A DNA stretch of 64,000 bases from contig NZ_JAGOGJ010000006.1 of the NCBI RefSeq assembly GCF_017996735.1, positions 46,295-110,294 on the forward strand, in the 5' to 3' direction. The translations under genes and the position numbers were made by a program. The stretch is from Niveispirillum sp. (GTDB taxonomy: Bacteria; Pseudomonadota; Alphaproteobacteria; Azospirillales; Azospirillaceae). How positions within the stretch are numbered: position 1 is the stretch's first letter; each line of letters begins with the position of its first letter. This document shows positions 46,522 through 56,470 of the stretch, piece by piece. Under the pieces are notes generated by a model. That model saw only the letters and a list, made by a program, of their open reading frames with translations. It did no database searches and had not been told where the DNA came from.

Positions 46522-47331
46522 ATGAGTTGGCATCGCACCCTTTTTGCCCTGTCCGCCCTGTTGCTGGCGGCACCCGTGGCATCCGCCCTGTCACCGCCGG
46601 AGCCGGAAAGCCTGCGCGAGGAACAGCGCCTGACCGTGAATGGGCGGGAAGAGGTATGGCAACTGGTCTGGGTCGGTCCCGTCCGCGATTATTGCGAGGC
46701 GGTGAGCCCGGAAGTGGCCATCACCGCCCCCTGCGCCGGCTTCGCCTATGGGCAGACCGGGCGGCTGTCGCTGCGCCGGCTGCGCGACGGACAGGTGGTC
46801 GACCGGTTCGACCCCGGCACCGCCTTTGCCGACGCGTCGGAACTGCTGCCCGGGCGGGAGGCCGGCTGGTCCGTGCTGCCCCGCCACGCCATGCAGGATG
46901 ATGATTATGGCCGCTGGCTGGAGGATGAGGGCAGGTTCCTGCAGGCCGTGGAGCAGCGCCCCACCATCACCGTGATGCGCTTTGCCGATTATGACCGCGA
47001 CGGGCGCGGCAGCGAATTCCTGCTGCAGACCGATGTCGAACCCGGCGGCAAGCCGCTTTACGCCGCCATCGGCCTGCCGGCGGGGCGGGAGAAGCTGGAT
47101 TTTCTCCGGTCCACCGGGCGTCCCGATCAGGCCCTGGTCCTAACCTCCCGCGCCTGGGCCGCCCTGCGTGACCAGACGGGAACGGCCATCGTGTCGCACT
47201 GGATCTGCGGCGACCATGGGGCGGAAACGAAGTCGGACTATCTGCTGTCGGCCGATGCCGGCCGGATCAGCGTCAGGCTGCGCGAAAGCGCCTGCCCCAA
47301 CGGGCCGGTGATCGACGAAACCGACTGGTAA
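46522..47331 (+). CDS. Exported hypothetical protein
   Basis: Signal peptide ending ASA-LS; SD GGAGG; DYDRDG motif; four Cys. Confidence 0.65.
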   Translation: MSWHRTLFALSALLLAAPVASALSPPEPESLREEQRLTVNGREEVWQLVWVGPVRDYCEAVSPEVAITAPCAGFAYGQTGRLSLRRLRDGQVVDRFDPGTAFADASELLPGREAGWSVLPRHAMQDDDYGRWLEDEGRFLQAVEQRPTITVMRFADYDRDGRGSEFLLQTDVEPGGKPLYAAIGLPAGREKLDFLRSTGRPDQALVLTSRAWAALRDQTGTAIVSHWICGDHGAETKSDYLLSADAGRISVRLRESACPNGPVIDETDW

Positions 47332-47336
47332 ACCGG

Positions 47337-48548
47337 TCAGGACACGGGCGGCGTCACACCCTTGGGCAGCAGCAGCCAGTAACGCCCGCTGCTTTTCATC
47401 AGACCGGCGCGCTGCTCCGCCTCCGCCCCATGGCCCCAGAACACATCGCCGCGCACGGGCCCCCGGATGGCGCCGCCCGTGTCCTGCGCCACCAGCAGGC
47501 GGCGGACGCGGGTCTTGGCCTGCACCGGGTCCTCGGCATCCAGCCAGACGGGCACGCCATAGGCGATGAAGGTGCGGTCCACGGCCAGCGACCGGCCCGG
47601 CGTCAGGGCCACCCCCTGCGCGCCCAGCGGCCCCTCCCCCTCCAGCCGGCGGAAGAACACGAAGGACGGGTTGGTGTTCATCACGTCGGTCGCCTTGGAC
47701 GGGTTGGCTTCCAGCCAGGCGCGGATCGACTGCATCGACACGTCTTCCTTGGCCAGCGCCCCGCGCGCCACCAGTTCCCGCCCGATGGCGAAATAGGGCT
47801 GGCCATTCTGCCCGTCATAGCCGACGCGGATCTGGCTGCCATCGGGCAGGGTGACGCGACCCGATCCCTGTATCTGCAGGAAGAAGGCATCGACCGGATC
47901 GTCGACATAGAGCAGTTCCAGGCCCTTGCCGTTAAGCGCGCCGGCTTCGATGGAGCGGCGGTCGGCATAGGGTTTCAACTGCCCGTCCACCACCCGGCCG
48001 GCAATGCGCTCGCCCTTCAGGTTGGGGCGGAACTCCCCCAGATCGACCATCACCAGATCGGACGGGCGCTTATAGAGCGGGGTCTGGTACTTGCCCTGGC
48101 GCTTCGGCGACCCGCGCAAGGCGCTTTCGTAATAGCCGGTGAACAGCCCTTCCTCATTGCCATTGTCGCCGGCGGCCCAGGGCTGGAACAGTTCCTCCAC
48201 CGCGCGGCGCAGGGCGACATGGTCACCAGCGGGCAGCTTGGCGATGACGGCACAGGGGCCGGTCCAGTCGCCGATGCGCCCCATCGTACCGTTGGGGCCC
48301 AGCGCCCGGTCGGCCGGTTGCTTCACCAGCCGGTCACAGCTTTTCAGCAGCGCCGGCAGCGCGTCGGCCGTGCGATCCACCGACCAGCCCGGCAGGTCGG
48401 CGAAGCGGACGGGGCGAAGGGTCAGGCGGGCCGCGGGTTTTTCCGCCTCCACGGGGGGCACTGACGGGACCGGCGGCTTCGCGGGCTGCTGGGCACAGCC
48501 GGCCAGCAGGCCAAGGGCGAACAGGGCGGCAAGGGGGCTAATGCGCAT
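47337..48548 (-). CDS. mltA: Membrane-bound lytic murein transglycosylase A
   Basis: Lipobox LLAGC, FTGYYE, FFLQIQGSG, NPSFVFF, QDTGGAIRG, DVFWGHG. Confidence 0.93.
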   Translation of the reverse strand: MRISPLAALFALGLLAGCAQQPAKPPVPSVPPVEAEKPAARLTLRPVRFADLPGWSVDRTADALPALLKSCDRLVKQPADRALGPNGTMGRIGDWTGPCAVIAKLPAGDHVALRRAVEELFQPWAAGDNGNEEGLFTGYYESALRGSPKRQGKYQTPLYKRPSDLVMVDLGEFRPNLKGERIAGRVVDGQLKPYADRRSIEAGALNGKGLELLYVDDPVDAFFLQIQGSGRVTLPDGSQIRVGYDGQNGQPYFAIGRELVARGALAKEDVSMQSIRAWLEANPSKATDVMNTNPSFVFFRRLEGEGPLGAQGVALTPGRSLAVDRTFIAYGVPVWLDAEDPVQAKTRVRRLLVAQDTGGAIRGPVRGDVFWGHGAEAEQRAGLMKSSGRYWLLLPKGVTPPVS

Positions 48549-48623
48549 CGGATGATCCATGGAGCAGACATGGAAAGGGCGCCCGGCAAGGGGCGCCCCG
48601 TAAGCATGGGCGGCAGGGCGGCA

Positions 48624-49331
48624 TCAGCCGCTGCGCGTTTCGGACAGGTGCCAGTTGGGATCGCTGGCGCGGGTATTGCGGCTGAAGGTCCAGATATCGA
48701 CCACTTCCTCCGGCCGTCCCTCATCCCCGTCCAGGATATTGCCCTGGGCATCACGGGTGACATGGGTCTGACGCGTCGTGAAGGTGATGGTGCAATGCGC
48801 GGTGCGCCCATCCAGACGGGCAGCCGTCAGATCGACCCCTTCGAAAGCGTGGATACGGCTTTCCAGCGTCTCTCCCGCCGCCTGACGTTCCCGGATGGCG
48901 GCGGCGAAACGGTCATAGACGTCATCGGCCAGCAGCGGGCGCAGGGTCGGGGTGTCGCCCTCGGCAAAGGCCTTCACGATCATCTCGAACGCGGCCTTGG
49001 CGCCCTGCAGGAAGGTACGCTCGTTGAAATTGGGGTCGGCGGCGCGGATCAGGCGCAGGCCGTCTTCCAGGGAGACGGGGCCGGACGGATCGGGCAGGTC
49101 CGGCAACTCACCGGCGGGGCCGCGCGGCGGAAGCTGGATGACATTGTCGCTATCGACCGTGGGTCCGGTGGCACCGGCATTGTCACGCGGGGCGAAGGGG
49201 TTCGGACGCTCCCGTTCCTCCCCGTGCTTGCGGCCGAGGACGTTGCGCAGGCGGTAGATGAAGAACGCCGCCACCATCGCGAAAATCAGGATTTCCAGCC
49301 AGACGGAGCCGCCGCCCATCGCATCACCCAT
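48624..49331 (-). CDS. Tim44/TimA-like domain protein
   Basis: N-terminal TM followed by RLRNVLGRKHG; FLQGAKAAFEMIVKAF; DIWTFSR. Confidence 0.88.
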   Translation of the reverse strand: MGDAMGGGSVWLEILIFAMVAAFFIYRLRNVLGRKHGEERERPNPFAPRDNAGATGPTVDSDNVIQLPPRGPAGELPDLPDPSGPVSLEDGLRLIRAADPNFNERTFLQGAKAAFEMIVKAFAEGDTPTLRPLLADDVYDRFAAAIRERQAAGETLESRIHAFEGVDLTAARLDGRTAHCTITFTTRQTHVTRDAQGNILDGDEGRPEEVVDIWTFSRNTRASDPNWHLSETRSG

Positions 49332-49467
49332 TTCTGCCCTTGCACCCGGCCGTGTATAGACACCATCTGATGCGAATGGCCATCCTCGCCATCCGCCCGC
49401 CGGGGCGTTAATTTATGAAAGCCTATTCGTTAGATAGGCCCTCGATACGTAAAGAGCAAGGACAGCC

Positions 49468-49974
49468 ATGCGTTTCCTTCTTCCGTTGCTGCTTCTGCCC
49501 CTTTTGGAGATCGCCGGATTCGCCTGGGTTGGATCGCAGATCGGGGCGCTGAACACCGTGCTGCTGGTGCTGCTGTCGGGCGTCGTGGGCGTGCTGTTGT
49601 TGCAGCGCACCGGCCTGGAAAGCGTGCGTCGCGCGCAGGTGGGCCTGCGCACGGGCGAGACGGAGCCCATGCGGCAGATGTTCAACGGGCTGTGTACCGC
49701 CTTTTCGGCCATCCTGTTCCTGATACCGGGCTTTATCACCGATATCCTGGCCCTGATCCTGTTTCTGCCGCCGGTGCGCGCGGCCCTGCTGTCCCGCATG
49801 ACCATCTTCATGCAGGTGAACGGCCAGACCGTGCGGTCCCGGCCCGGCCCCACGGGCCGCCCGCCGGTGATCGATGTGGAATATCAGGACGTGTCCCGCC
49901 CCGGCAGCGGCGATCAGGCCGGCGACCTGCCCCCGCCCGACAGCAAATGGCGCCCGCCCGCCGACAATTCCTGA
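49468..49974 (+). CDS. fxsA: FxsA family membrane protein
   Basis: PLLEIAGF, ILFLIPGFITDILALILFLPPVR; divergent from the tim44-like gene. Confidence 0.88.
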   Translation: MRFLLPLLLLPLLEIAGFAWVGSQIGALNTVLLVLLSGVVGVLLLQRTGLESVRRAQVGLRTGETEPMRQMFNGLCTAFSAILFLIPGFITDILALILFLPPVRAALLSRMTIFMQVNGQTVRSRPGPTGRPPVIDVEYQDVSRPGSGDQAGDLPPPDSKWRPPADNS

Positions 49975-50933
49975 CCGGGTAGACAGCCGAGACCGGCCAG
50001 CGTCTCGGCCACAGCCCGGTCCAGGTCGGTATGCGGGACATCCCCCAGAAAGGCGGACAGCCTCTCCCCCGGCATGCGCAGCGGCTGTTGCCACAGATAC
50101 CGCATGCCGGCGATTTCCCGCATCATCGGCATAACCAGCCCGGCCAGCCGGACCAGCGGCCAGTTCAACCGCTTCACCGGCAGGTCGGGCCGCCCCGTCA
50201 CGCGGCGGATGGCCTCGGCCATGCCCATGCCATCCGCATCCCAATGGCCGGCGAAATGGAACCGGGCGAAGGAAGGAAGGTCGGCTTCACGGTCCAGCAG
50301 GGCCATCATGGTTTCGGCCAGATCGGGCAGATAGGCCCATTGATGGCCGATGCCGGGACGGCCCGGCAGGGTGATGGCACGGATCGGCCATTCCGCCTGG
50401 ACCATGCCTTGCGCGAACCAGCTATTGCCGGCGCGCGGCCCGAAAAAATCACCGGCGCGCAGGATCAGTGCCCGGCCGCCCCCATCGGCCAGAAGCCGGA
50501 TACGGTCCTCCAGCGCCACGCGGATGCGCCCCTTCTCCGTCACCGGGTTCTGTGGCGCCTCCTCCATCAGCATCGTGCCGGCATCCGGCCCGAAATTATA
50601 GATGGTGCCGGGCAGTACCAGCCGCGCGCCCGTCGCCCGTGCCGCCGCAACCGACGCGTCGATCATCGGCAGCACCAGTTCGGCCCAGCGCCGGTAACCG
50701 GGCGGGTTCACCCCATGCAGAATGACATCCACCCCGTCCGCAGCGGACAGCACGCTGCCGGCATCCAGGGCGTCGCCCCGGCGCCAGTCCAGGCCCTGCA
50801 GGGTGGACGCCACCTTTTCCGGATGGCGGTGCAGCGCCCGCACCCGCCAGCCGCGCGCCAGCATCAGCCGCGCCGCCTCCCCGCCGATGCCGCCCGTGGC
50901 CCCCAGAACCAGGGCCGTTGCACTACCGCTCAT
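49914..50933 (-). CDS. NAD-dependent epimerase/dehydratase-like atypical SDR
   Basis: VLGATGGIG, HGVNPPGY, PGTIYNFG, KGRIR, HQWAYLPDLA. Confidence 0.85.
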   Translation of the reverse strand: MSGSATALVLGATGGIGGEAARLMLARGWRVRALHRHPEKVASTLQGLDWRRGDALDAGSVLSAADGVDVILHGVNPPGYRRWAELVLPMIDASVAAARATGARLVLPGTIYNFGPDAGTMLMEEAPQNPVTEKGRIRVALEDRIRLLADGGGRALILRAGDFFGPRAGNSWFAQGMVQAEWPIRAITLPGRPGIGHQWAYLPDLAETMMALLDREADLPSFARFHFAGHWDADGMGMAEAIRRVTGRPDLPVKRLNWPLVRLAGLVMPMMREIAGMRYLWQQPLRMPGERLSAFLGDVPHTDLDRAVAETLAGLGCLPGQELSAGGRHLLSGGGRSPA

Positions 50934-51026
50934 CACCGCCTCCATCCTCTTGATGGACGGGACAGTAGGGCTGCCGCCATGCTAAACGGAATTCGACAAA
51001 TAAGTCGTGATGGCATACGGAAATAG

Positions 51027-51929
51027 ATGAATACCGGACCCGATCCCGAATGGGACCTGTATCGCAGTTTTGCGTCCGTGCTGCGCGAAGGGTCGCTGTC
51101 GGCGGCGGCGCGGGCACTGGGCCTGACGCAGCCCACCCTGACCCGCCATATCGACGCGCTGGAACGGGGCCTGGGCCTGACCCTGTTCACCCGGTCGCAG
51201 CGCGGGTTGCTGCCCACGTCGGCGGCGCTGGAACTGGCACCCTATGCCGATCATATCGCGGCGACGGTGGCGGCATTGCGCCGGGCCGCCGGCGGACAGG
51301 GCGGGGCCGTGCGCGGCACGGTGCGCGTAACCGCCAGCGAGGCGGTGGGGGCGGAGGTGCTGCCGCCCATCCTGGCCGACCTGCGACAGCGGCACCCCGA
51401 TCTGGTGGTGGAGCTGCAATTGTCCAACCGGGTGCAGGACCTGTTGCGCCGCGACGCCGATATCGCGGTGCGCATGGTGGAACCGGGGCAGGACAGTCTG
51501 CTGGTCCGCCGGCTGGGCTTCATCCGCCTGGGCCTGTTCGCCCATCGCCGCTATACCAACCGTTGCGGCATCCCGGCGGATGTGGCAGCGCTTCACGGTC
51601 ATGCTTTGATCGGTCCTGACCAGGAAGCGCCCTTCGTGCGGGTGGTGAAACAGGCGCTGCCCTTCCTGACGGAGCTTCGCTTCACCTTGAAGACCGACAG
51701 CGATCTGGCGGCCCTGGCCGCGATCCGCGCGGGCTATGGCATCGGCATCTGTCAGACCGGCATCGCGGCCCGCGATCCGGACCTGATACCGGTCCTGCCC
51801 GGCGTGCTGGACCCGCTGCCCCTGCCGGTCTTCGTCGTGATGCATGAGGATCTGAAGGCCACACCCCGCTGCCGCGCGGCCTTCGACCTGCTGGCATCGG
51901 GGCTGGCGGACTATATCAGGACCTGCTGA
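51027..51929 (+). CDS. LysR family transcriptional regulator
   Basis: GSLSAAARALGLTQPTLTRHIDALERGLGLTLFTR; ADIAVRM. Confidence 0.93.
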   Translation: MNTGPDPEWDLYRSFASVLREGSLSAAARALGLTQPTLTRHIDALERGLGLTLFTRSQRGLLPTSAALELAPYADHIAATVAALRRAAGGQGGAVRGTVRVTASEAVGAEVLPPILADLRQRHPDLVVELQLSNRVQDLLRRDADIAVRMVEPGQDSLLVRRLGFIRLGLFAHRRYTNRCGIPADVAALHGHALIGPDQEAPFVRVVKQALPFLTELRFTLKTDSDLAALAAIRAGYGIGICQTGIAARDPDLIPVLPGVLDPLPLPVFVVMHEDLKATPRCRAAFDLLASGLADYIRTC

Positions 51930-52574
51930 TCACTTGGTCCCGAACAGCCGGTCGCCCGCATCGCCCAGGCCCGGCACGATATAGGCGTTTTCATTCAGGT
52001 GGCTGTCCAGTGCGGCCGTATAGACCGGCACATCGGGATGGGCGGCGTGGAAGGTGCGCACCCCTTCCGGTGCCGAAACCAGGGCCATGAAACGGATCTG
52101 GCTGTCATCCACGCCATGGCGGTTCAGCACATCGACCGCATGGATCGCGGAATGGCCCGTGGCCAGCATCGGGTCGACCAGGATGAAGACGCGGCCCGCC
52201 GCGTCCGGCAGCTTCACCAGATATTCCACCGGCCGCTTGGTGTCATGATCGCGGTAAAGGCCGATATGCCCCTCGCGCGCGGCGGGCACCAGTTCCAGCA
52301 GCCCTTCCGCCATCACCAGCCCGGCACGCAGGATGGGCACCACGGCCAGCTTCTTGCCCTCGATCACCGGGGCATCCATGGGGCAGAGCGGGGTTTCGAT
52401 CCGTTCCACGGTCAATGGCAGATCGCGGGTCAGTTCATACCCCATCAGCAGCGCGATCTCCCGCAGAAGCTGCCGGAACCCCATGGTCGACCGGTTCTTG
52501 TCGCGCATGCAGGACAGCTTGTGCTGGATCAGGGGATGGTCGAGGACGAAAAGATTGGGAAAGTCGCTGGTCAT
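51930..52574 (-). CDS. upp: Uracil phosphoribosyltransferase
   Basis: [44 protein letters not shown]. Confidence 0.97.
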   Translation of the reverse strand: MTSDFPNLFVLDHPLIQHKLSCMRDKNRSTMGFRQLLREIALLMGYELTRDLPLTVERIETPLCPMDAPVIEGKKLAVVPILRAGLVMAEGLLELVPAAREGHIGLYRDHDTKRPVEYLVKLPDAAGRVFILVDPMLATGHSAIHAVDVLNRHGVDDSQIRFMALVSAPEGVRTFHAAHPDVPVYTAALDSHLNENAYIVPGLGDAGDRLFGTK

Positions 52575-52701
52575 GACCCGGTTCCGGCAGGATAGGATAT
52601 GGACGCCACCATAGCGGCATCGGGCCCGTCCAGGCCAGTCCCGCCGATCCTGGCAGTTTTCACCCCCTTGCCTTCCACCCGATCAGGCCAACTTTTATCT
52701 C

Positions 52702-53463
52702 ATGGTCACCCAGCCCTCATCCTTTCCGGCCACGGCCCTGCGCCGATCGGTCGTCGCCCATCTGGCGGCGGCCCTGCCGCTGCTGGTCGCGGCGGGGTGG
52801 ATGCTGGGCCGGGGGCTGGATCTTCCCGCGACCTATCCCTTGTCCGTTCTGGCGGCCTTCCTGCCCGTTCTCTGGTTCGCGCTGACCCGGCTGGGTGCCC
52901 ATAACGGGCCGGGCTGGGGGGATGCCAACCGTGTCACCCTGCTGCGCTCCGGTCTTTTGGCCCTGGTGGGGGGAACCCTTCCCTTCGCCCATGTGTTGGA
53001 CACAAACCAGACCTGGACCGTGGCGGTGATCGCCATCACGGCGCTGGCGCTGGACGGCGCCGATGGTTGGCTGGCGCGGCGTCAGGGATTGTCCAGCCCC
53101 TACGGCGCCCGCTTCGACATGGAGATGGACACGCTCTCCATCCTTTACCTCTGCCTGCTGCTGTGGTTGTCGGGGGAGGTCGGGATGTGGGTGCTGCTGT
53201 CGGCCCTGCTGCGGCCGCTATTCGTGGCGGGGGGCATGCTGCGGCCCTGGTTGAACCGGCCCCTGCCCTATAGCAGGCGTCGGCGGGCCGTCTGCATGGT
53301 TCAGGTGGGGGTGTTGGCCTGTGCCGTCACGCCCATCCTGGGGCCGCCGCTGACCGGGTTTGCGGTGGGCGCAGCCCTTGCGCTTTTGCTTTTCTCTTTC
53401 AGCGCCGATACGGTTTGGCTGATCAGCCACCGCAGCGACGCCGGTGGAACAAAAAATGGATAG
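52702..53463 (+). CDS. CDP-alcohol phosphatidyltransferase family protein
   Basis: ANRVTLLR; DGADGWLARRQGLSSPYGARFDMEMD signature. Confidence 0.88.
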   Translation: MVTQPSSFPATALRRSVVAHLAAALPLLVAAGWMLGRGLDLPATYPLSVLAAFLPVLWFALTRLGAHNGPGWGDANRVTLLRSGLLALVGGTLPFAHVLDTNQTWTVAVIAITALALDGADGWLARRQGLSSPYGARFDMEMDTLSILYLCLLLWLSGEVGMWVLLSALLRPLFVAGGMLRPWLNRPLPYSRRRRAVCMVQVGVLACAVTPILGPPLTGFAVGAALALLLFSFSADTVWLISHRSDAGGTKNG

Positions 53464-54610
53464 CATGGTTCTGGAATACGCCTCTGCCGATCACGCCACC
53501 CCGCCGGACCATGCGGCCCAGCGCGCGGTGGACCGTGCCTTGTCCGACCTGCGTCGGGGAGAGGTGGTGGTGATCACGGCCGAGGATGGCAGCGCCCTTC
53601 TGGCCATGGCGGCCGAGGCGGTGACCACCCAGGCCCTGAACCATCTGGCACAGCTTGCCGGCAGCGCCCCCACCCTGGTGGTGACCGGGCAACGGGGCCG
53701 TTCCCTGGGCCTGGACGTGCCCATCGACCGGCCCGTGCGCATCGCCCCGCCCGCCGGCCTGACCGCCGATCTGGTCCGCGACCTGTCCGACCCCACCCGC
53801 CCGGCCCGCGCCGGACAGGGGACCGGCGCCACCTCCCTGCCCGGCGGGGCGGAGGGGGCGGCCACCATCCTGGCCAAGATCGCCCGTCTGTTGCCCGCCG
53901 CCATCGTGGCGCCGCTGCCGGTGGCGCGCGGCGGTCTGGTGGATGGCAGCGGCTTTGCCCGCCGGCATGATCTTCTGTGCGTGCGCGCCGCCGATATCGT
54001 CGATTATCGCCGCCGGTCGGCCCGCAGCCTGGCCCGCGTGGCAGAGGCGTCGGTCCCGCTGGAGGATGCGGAACGTACCCGCATCGTGGCCTTCCGGCCC
54101 AGCGATGGCGGGCCGGAACATCTGGCCATCGTCGTGGGCGATCCCCCGCCGGGACAGCCGGTGTTGACGCGGCTGCATTCGGAATGTTTCACCGGCGACC
54201 TGCTGGGGTCCCTGCGCTGCGATTGTGGCCCGCAACTGCGCGGCGCCATCAAGGAGATCGCGACGGCCGGTGCCGGCATCGTCCTGTATCTGGCCCAGGA
54301 AGGGCGCGGCATCGGCCTGATGAACAAGCTGCGCGCCTACCGGCTGCAGGATGGCGGGCTGGATACGGTGGATGCCAACACGGTGCTGGGCTTCGACGCG
54401 GACGAACGCGTCTATCTGCCGGCAGCCAGCATGCTGCGCCAGATGGGCTATGCCCAGGTCCGGCTGATGACCAACAATCCCGACAAGATGGCCCAACTGG
54501 CCGCGTCGGGGGTGGAGGTGGTGGAACGTGTCCCCCACATCTTCCCCGCCAATGGCCATAACGAAGCCTATCTGCGCACCAAGGCGGAAAAGTCGGGCCA
54601 TCTGTTCTGA
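53456..54610 (+). CDS. ribA: GTP cyclohydrolase II with degenerate RibB-like N-terminal domain (start approximate)
   Basis: RLHSECFTGDLLGSLRCDCG, QEGRGIGL, LMTNNPDK, NEAYLRTK. Confidence 0.9.
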   Translation: MDSMVLEYASADHATPPDHAAQRAVDRALSDLRRGEVVVITAEDGSALLAMAAEAVTTQALNHLAQLAGSAPTLVVTGQRGRSLGLDVPIDRPVRIAPPAGLTADLVRDLSDPTRPARAGQGTGATSLPGGAEGAATILAKIARLLPAAIVAPLPVARGGLVDGSGFARRHDLLCVRAADIVDYRRRSARSLARVAEASVPLEDAERTRIVAFRPSDGGPEHLAIVVGDPPPGQPVLTRLHSECFTGDLLGSLRCDCGPQLRGAIKEIATAGAGIVLYLAQEGRGIGLMNKLRAYRLQDGGLDTVDANTVLGFDADERVYLPAASMLRQMGYAQVRLMTNNPDKMAQLAASGVEVVERVPHIFPANGHNEAYLRTKAEKSGHLF

Positions 54611-54655
54611 CCACCGCCTGGGGGCGACACCCGGCAGAATCCGCCGCCCCGGACT

Positions 54656-54671
54656 TGGCACGCGACCTGCA
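54656..54671 (+). promoter_or_regulatory. Sigma54 (-24/-12) promoter
   Basis: TGGCACGCGACCTGCA versus consensus TGGCACGNNNNTTGCW, with exact GG-N10-GC spacing; 28 nt before the ATG at 54700. Confidence 0.65.
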
Positions 54672-54699
54672 TTGATCTTCCCGAACCGGGAGGAACGCC

Positions 54700-55995
54700 A
54701 TGCCGCCAAGCGCCATCCATATGGACCATGTCCGTGCCAAGACCCTGCAGGTCCCCGCCGCCTCGCTGGAGCGCCCGGCGGGTGCCGAGCCTGCCAAGGT
54801 CGAGACGGCCGCCAAGGGTGACAAGAGCGACAAGGCCGAAAAGGGCGAGGGCATGTCCTTCTGGGACGTGCTGGACGTGGTGAACCCCCTGCAGCACATT
54901 CCCGGCGTCAACAAGATCTATCAGGCCATCACCGGCGACACGATCCGCACCCCGGCCAAGGTTGCCGGCGCCGCCCTGTTCTTCGGCCCCATCGGCATGG
55001 CCGTGGCCAGCGCCGACGCCATCCTGGAAAATGAGACGGGCAAGGATGCGATGGACCATGTGGCCAGCGCCCTGGGCCTGGAAAAAGACAGCCCCGCCGC
55101 CCCGGCGGAGGATGATCCGTTCACCGTGACGGCCCCCCGTCCGCAACTGGCCGCCGATATAGCGGCGGAGCCGGCCCCCGCCACCCCGGCAACGGTGATC
55201 GCCACGGCGGGGCAGCCCGGTCAGCCGGTCGAACTCTCCGCCGGGCAGGCCGCCCTGCTGGAAAGCCTGATGGGTGGTGGGCAAGCTTTGCCCAGTGCCG
55301 CCCCCACCACGGCAGCCCTTGCCGCCCCGAAGCCCGTCGCCGCCACGCCCGGCATGGCTGCCACCACCACCTCCACCTCCATCAGCGCCCGTGCGCCGGC
55401 CGCGGGCGGCATCGCCACCGCGCAGCAACTGAAGGAACTGGAGACCACGCCCGGTGCGTCCGCCGCCCTGACCGCCGCGCGCGGCATGGGTCAGGCCGCC
55501 ATCGTGGCCAGCCTGCCGGCCCCCGGTGCCGCCGGGGCCGGCGACAACCTGCTGGCCGCCATGGAGCAGGACCAGCAGCGCATGAAGGCCCCCAACGCCG
55601 GCAAGGGTCTGGCTGAATACCGTGCCGCCGCCATTTCCAGCGGGTCGATGCAGGTGAAGCCGGTCGTCGCGTCGCGTGCCAACCAGATGGTGCGGGCCGC
55701 CGGCGCCAATATGCCGGGCGCGGCCATTCCCACCCATTCCGTGAACACCGCCCGCACGGTCCAGCCGCAGACCAATGTCACCGCCCCGGCGCCGGCGACA
55801 GCGATACCCGTGGTTCCGGCACCCGCCACCGCAACGCCGGCCAGCAACCAGACGCAGCAGCAGCCCGAGGCTTGGCCGCCGGGTGGGGCCACGCCCCTGC
55901 CCAAGGAACTGATCGCCGACATGATGACCCGCGCCATGGACAAGTATCAGGCGCAGGGGCGGACCGGCACCAGCGGCGGCAGCACCGTCCACTGA
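54700..55995 (+). CDS. Hypothetical Ala/Pro/Thr-rich protein with a structured block FWDVLDVVNPLQHIPGV
   Basis: SD GGAGG; one ordered-looking block near residues 45-125; low-complexity remainder; C-terminal helix MMTRAMDKY. Confidence 0.7.
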   Translation: MPPSAIHMDHVRAKTLQVPAASLERPAGAEPAKVETAAKGDKSDKAEKGEGMSFWDVLDVVNPLQHIPGVNKIYQAITGDTIRTPAKVAGAALFFGPIGMAVASADAILENETGKDAMDHVASALGLEKDSPAAPAEDDPFTVTAPRPQLAADIAAEPAPATPATVIATAGQPGQPVELSAGQAALLESLMGGGQALPSAAPTTAALAAPKPVAATPGMAATTTSTSISARAPAAGGIATAQQLKELETTPGASAALTAARGMGQAAIVASLPAPGAAGAGDNLLAAMEQDQQRMKAPNAGKGLAEYRAAAISSGSMQVKPVVASRANQMVRAAGANMPGAAIPTHSVNTARTVQPQTNVTAPAPATAIPVVPAPATATPASNQTQQQPEAWPPGGATPLPKELIADMMTRAMDKYQAQGRTGTSGGSTVH

Positions 55996-56470
55996 CCCTT
56001 TGGGTCAACCGCATGACGGTGGCGGACAGTGACGGGACCGGGCCGCCCGGACCCGTGCGGCACATGCAGCCCCCGTGATACTGACAGGCCCGATCGATCT
56101 TCCTTTCTCGATGAGGAATATTGAGAAATCGAACACGTCAATGGCACATATCGACATAACGAACGGATATTATCCCCACCTACAAGACAATTTATAAAAA
56201 TATTTAAAAGAAAAAATCCTAAATAGTTCCATAAATCACAAGGTTTCGTTTTGGGCATTCAACCCGCCTGCCATCCCGCCCCGCCATGACATGGCCCGCG
56301 GCAGATGGATTTCCGCCACGCAACCCCGACATCTTCGGCTTTCAGGGGGGCGTGCACCATGGCTACGCTGACGGTAAAATCCGGCTCGACCGACGACATT
56401 CCCCCGTGTGCAATGGCACCAGATAGGCTATGATTGTTGTCAATCACACACCCCTTGGGATGCACCGCCG

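Noticed and set aside
56100-56255. Replication origin
   Set aside because: Only one imperfect DnaA-like box; no CtrA TTAA-N7-TTAA; no origin-associated genes
55947-56258. 103-aa minus-strand ORF across the AT-rich tract
   Set aside because: Atypical composition, no SD, overlaps the end of the upstream gene
56413-56429. Second sigma54 promoter, TGGCAC-N5-AGGC
   Set aside because: Spacing is right but the -12 element has two mismatches; too weak to call
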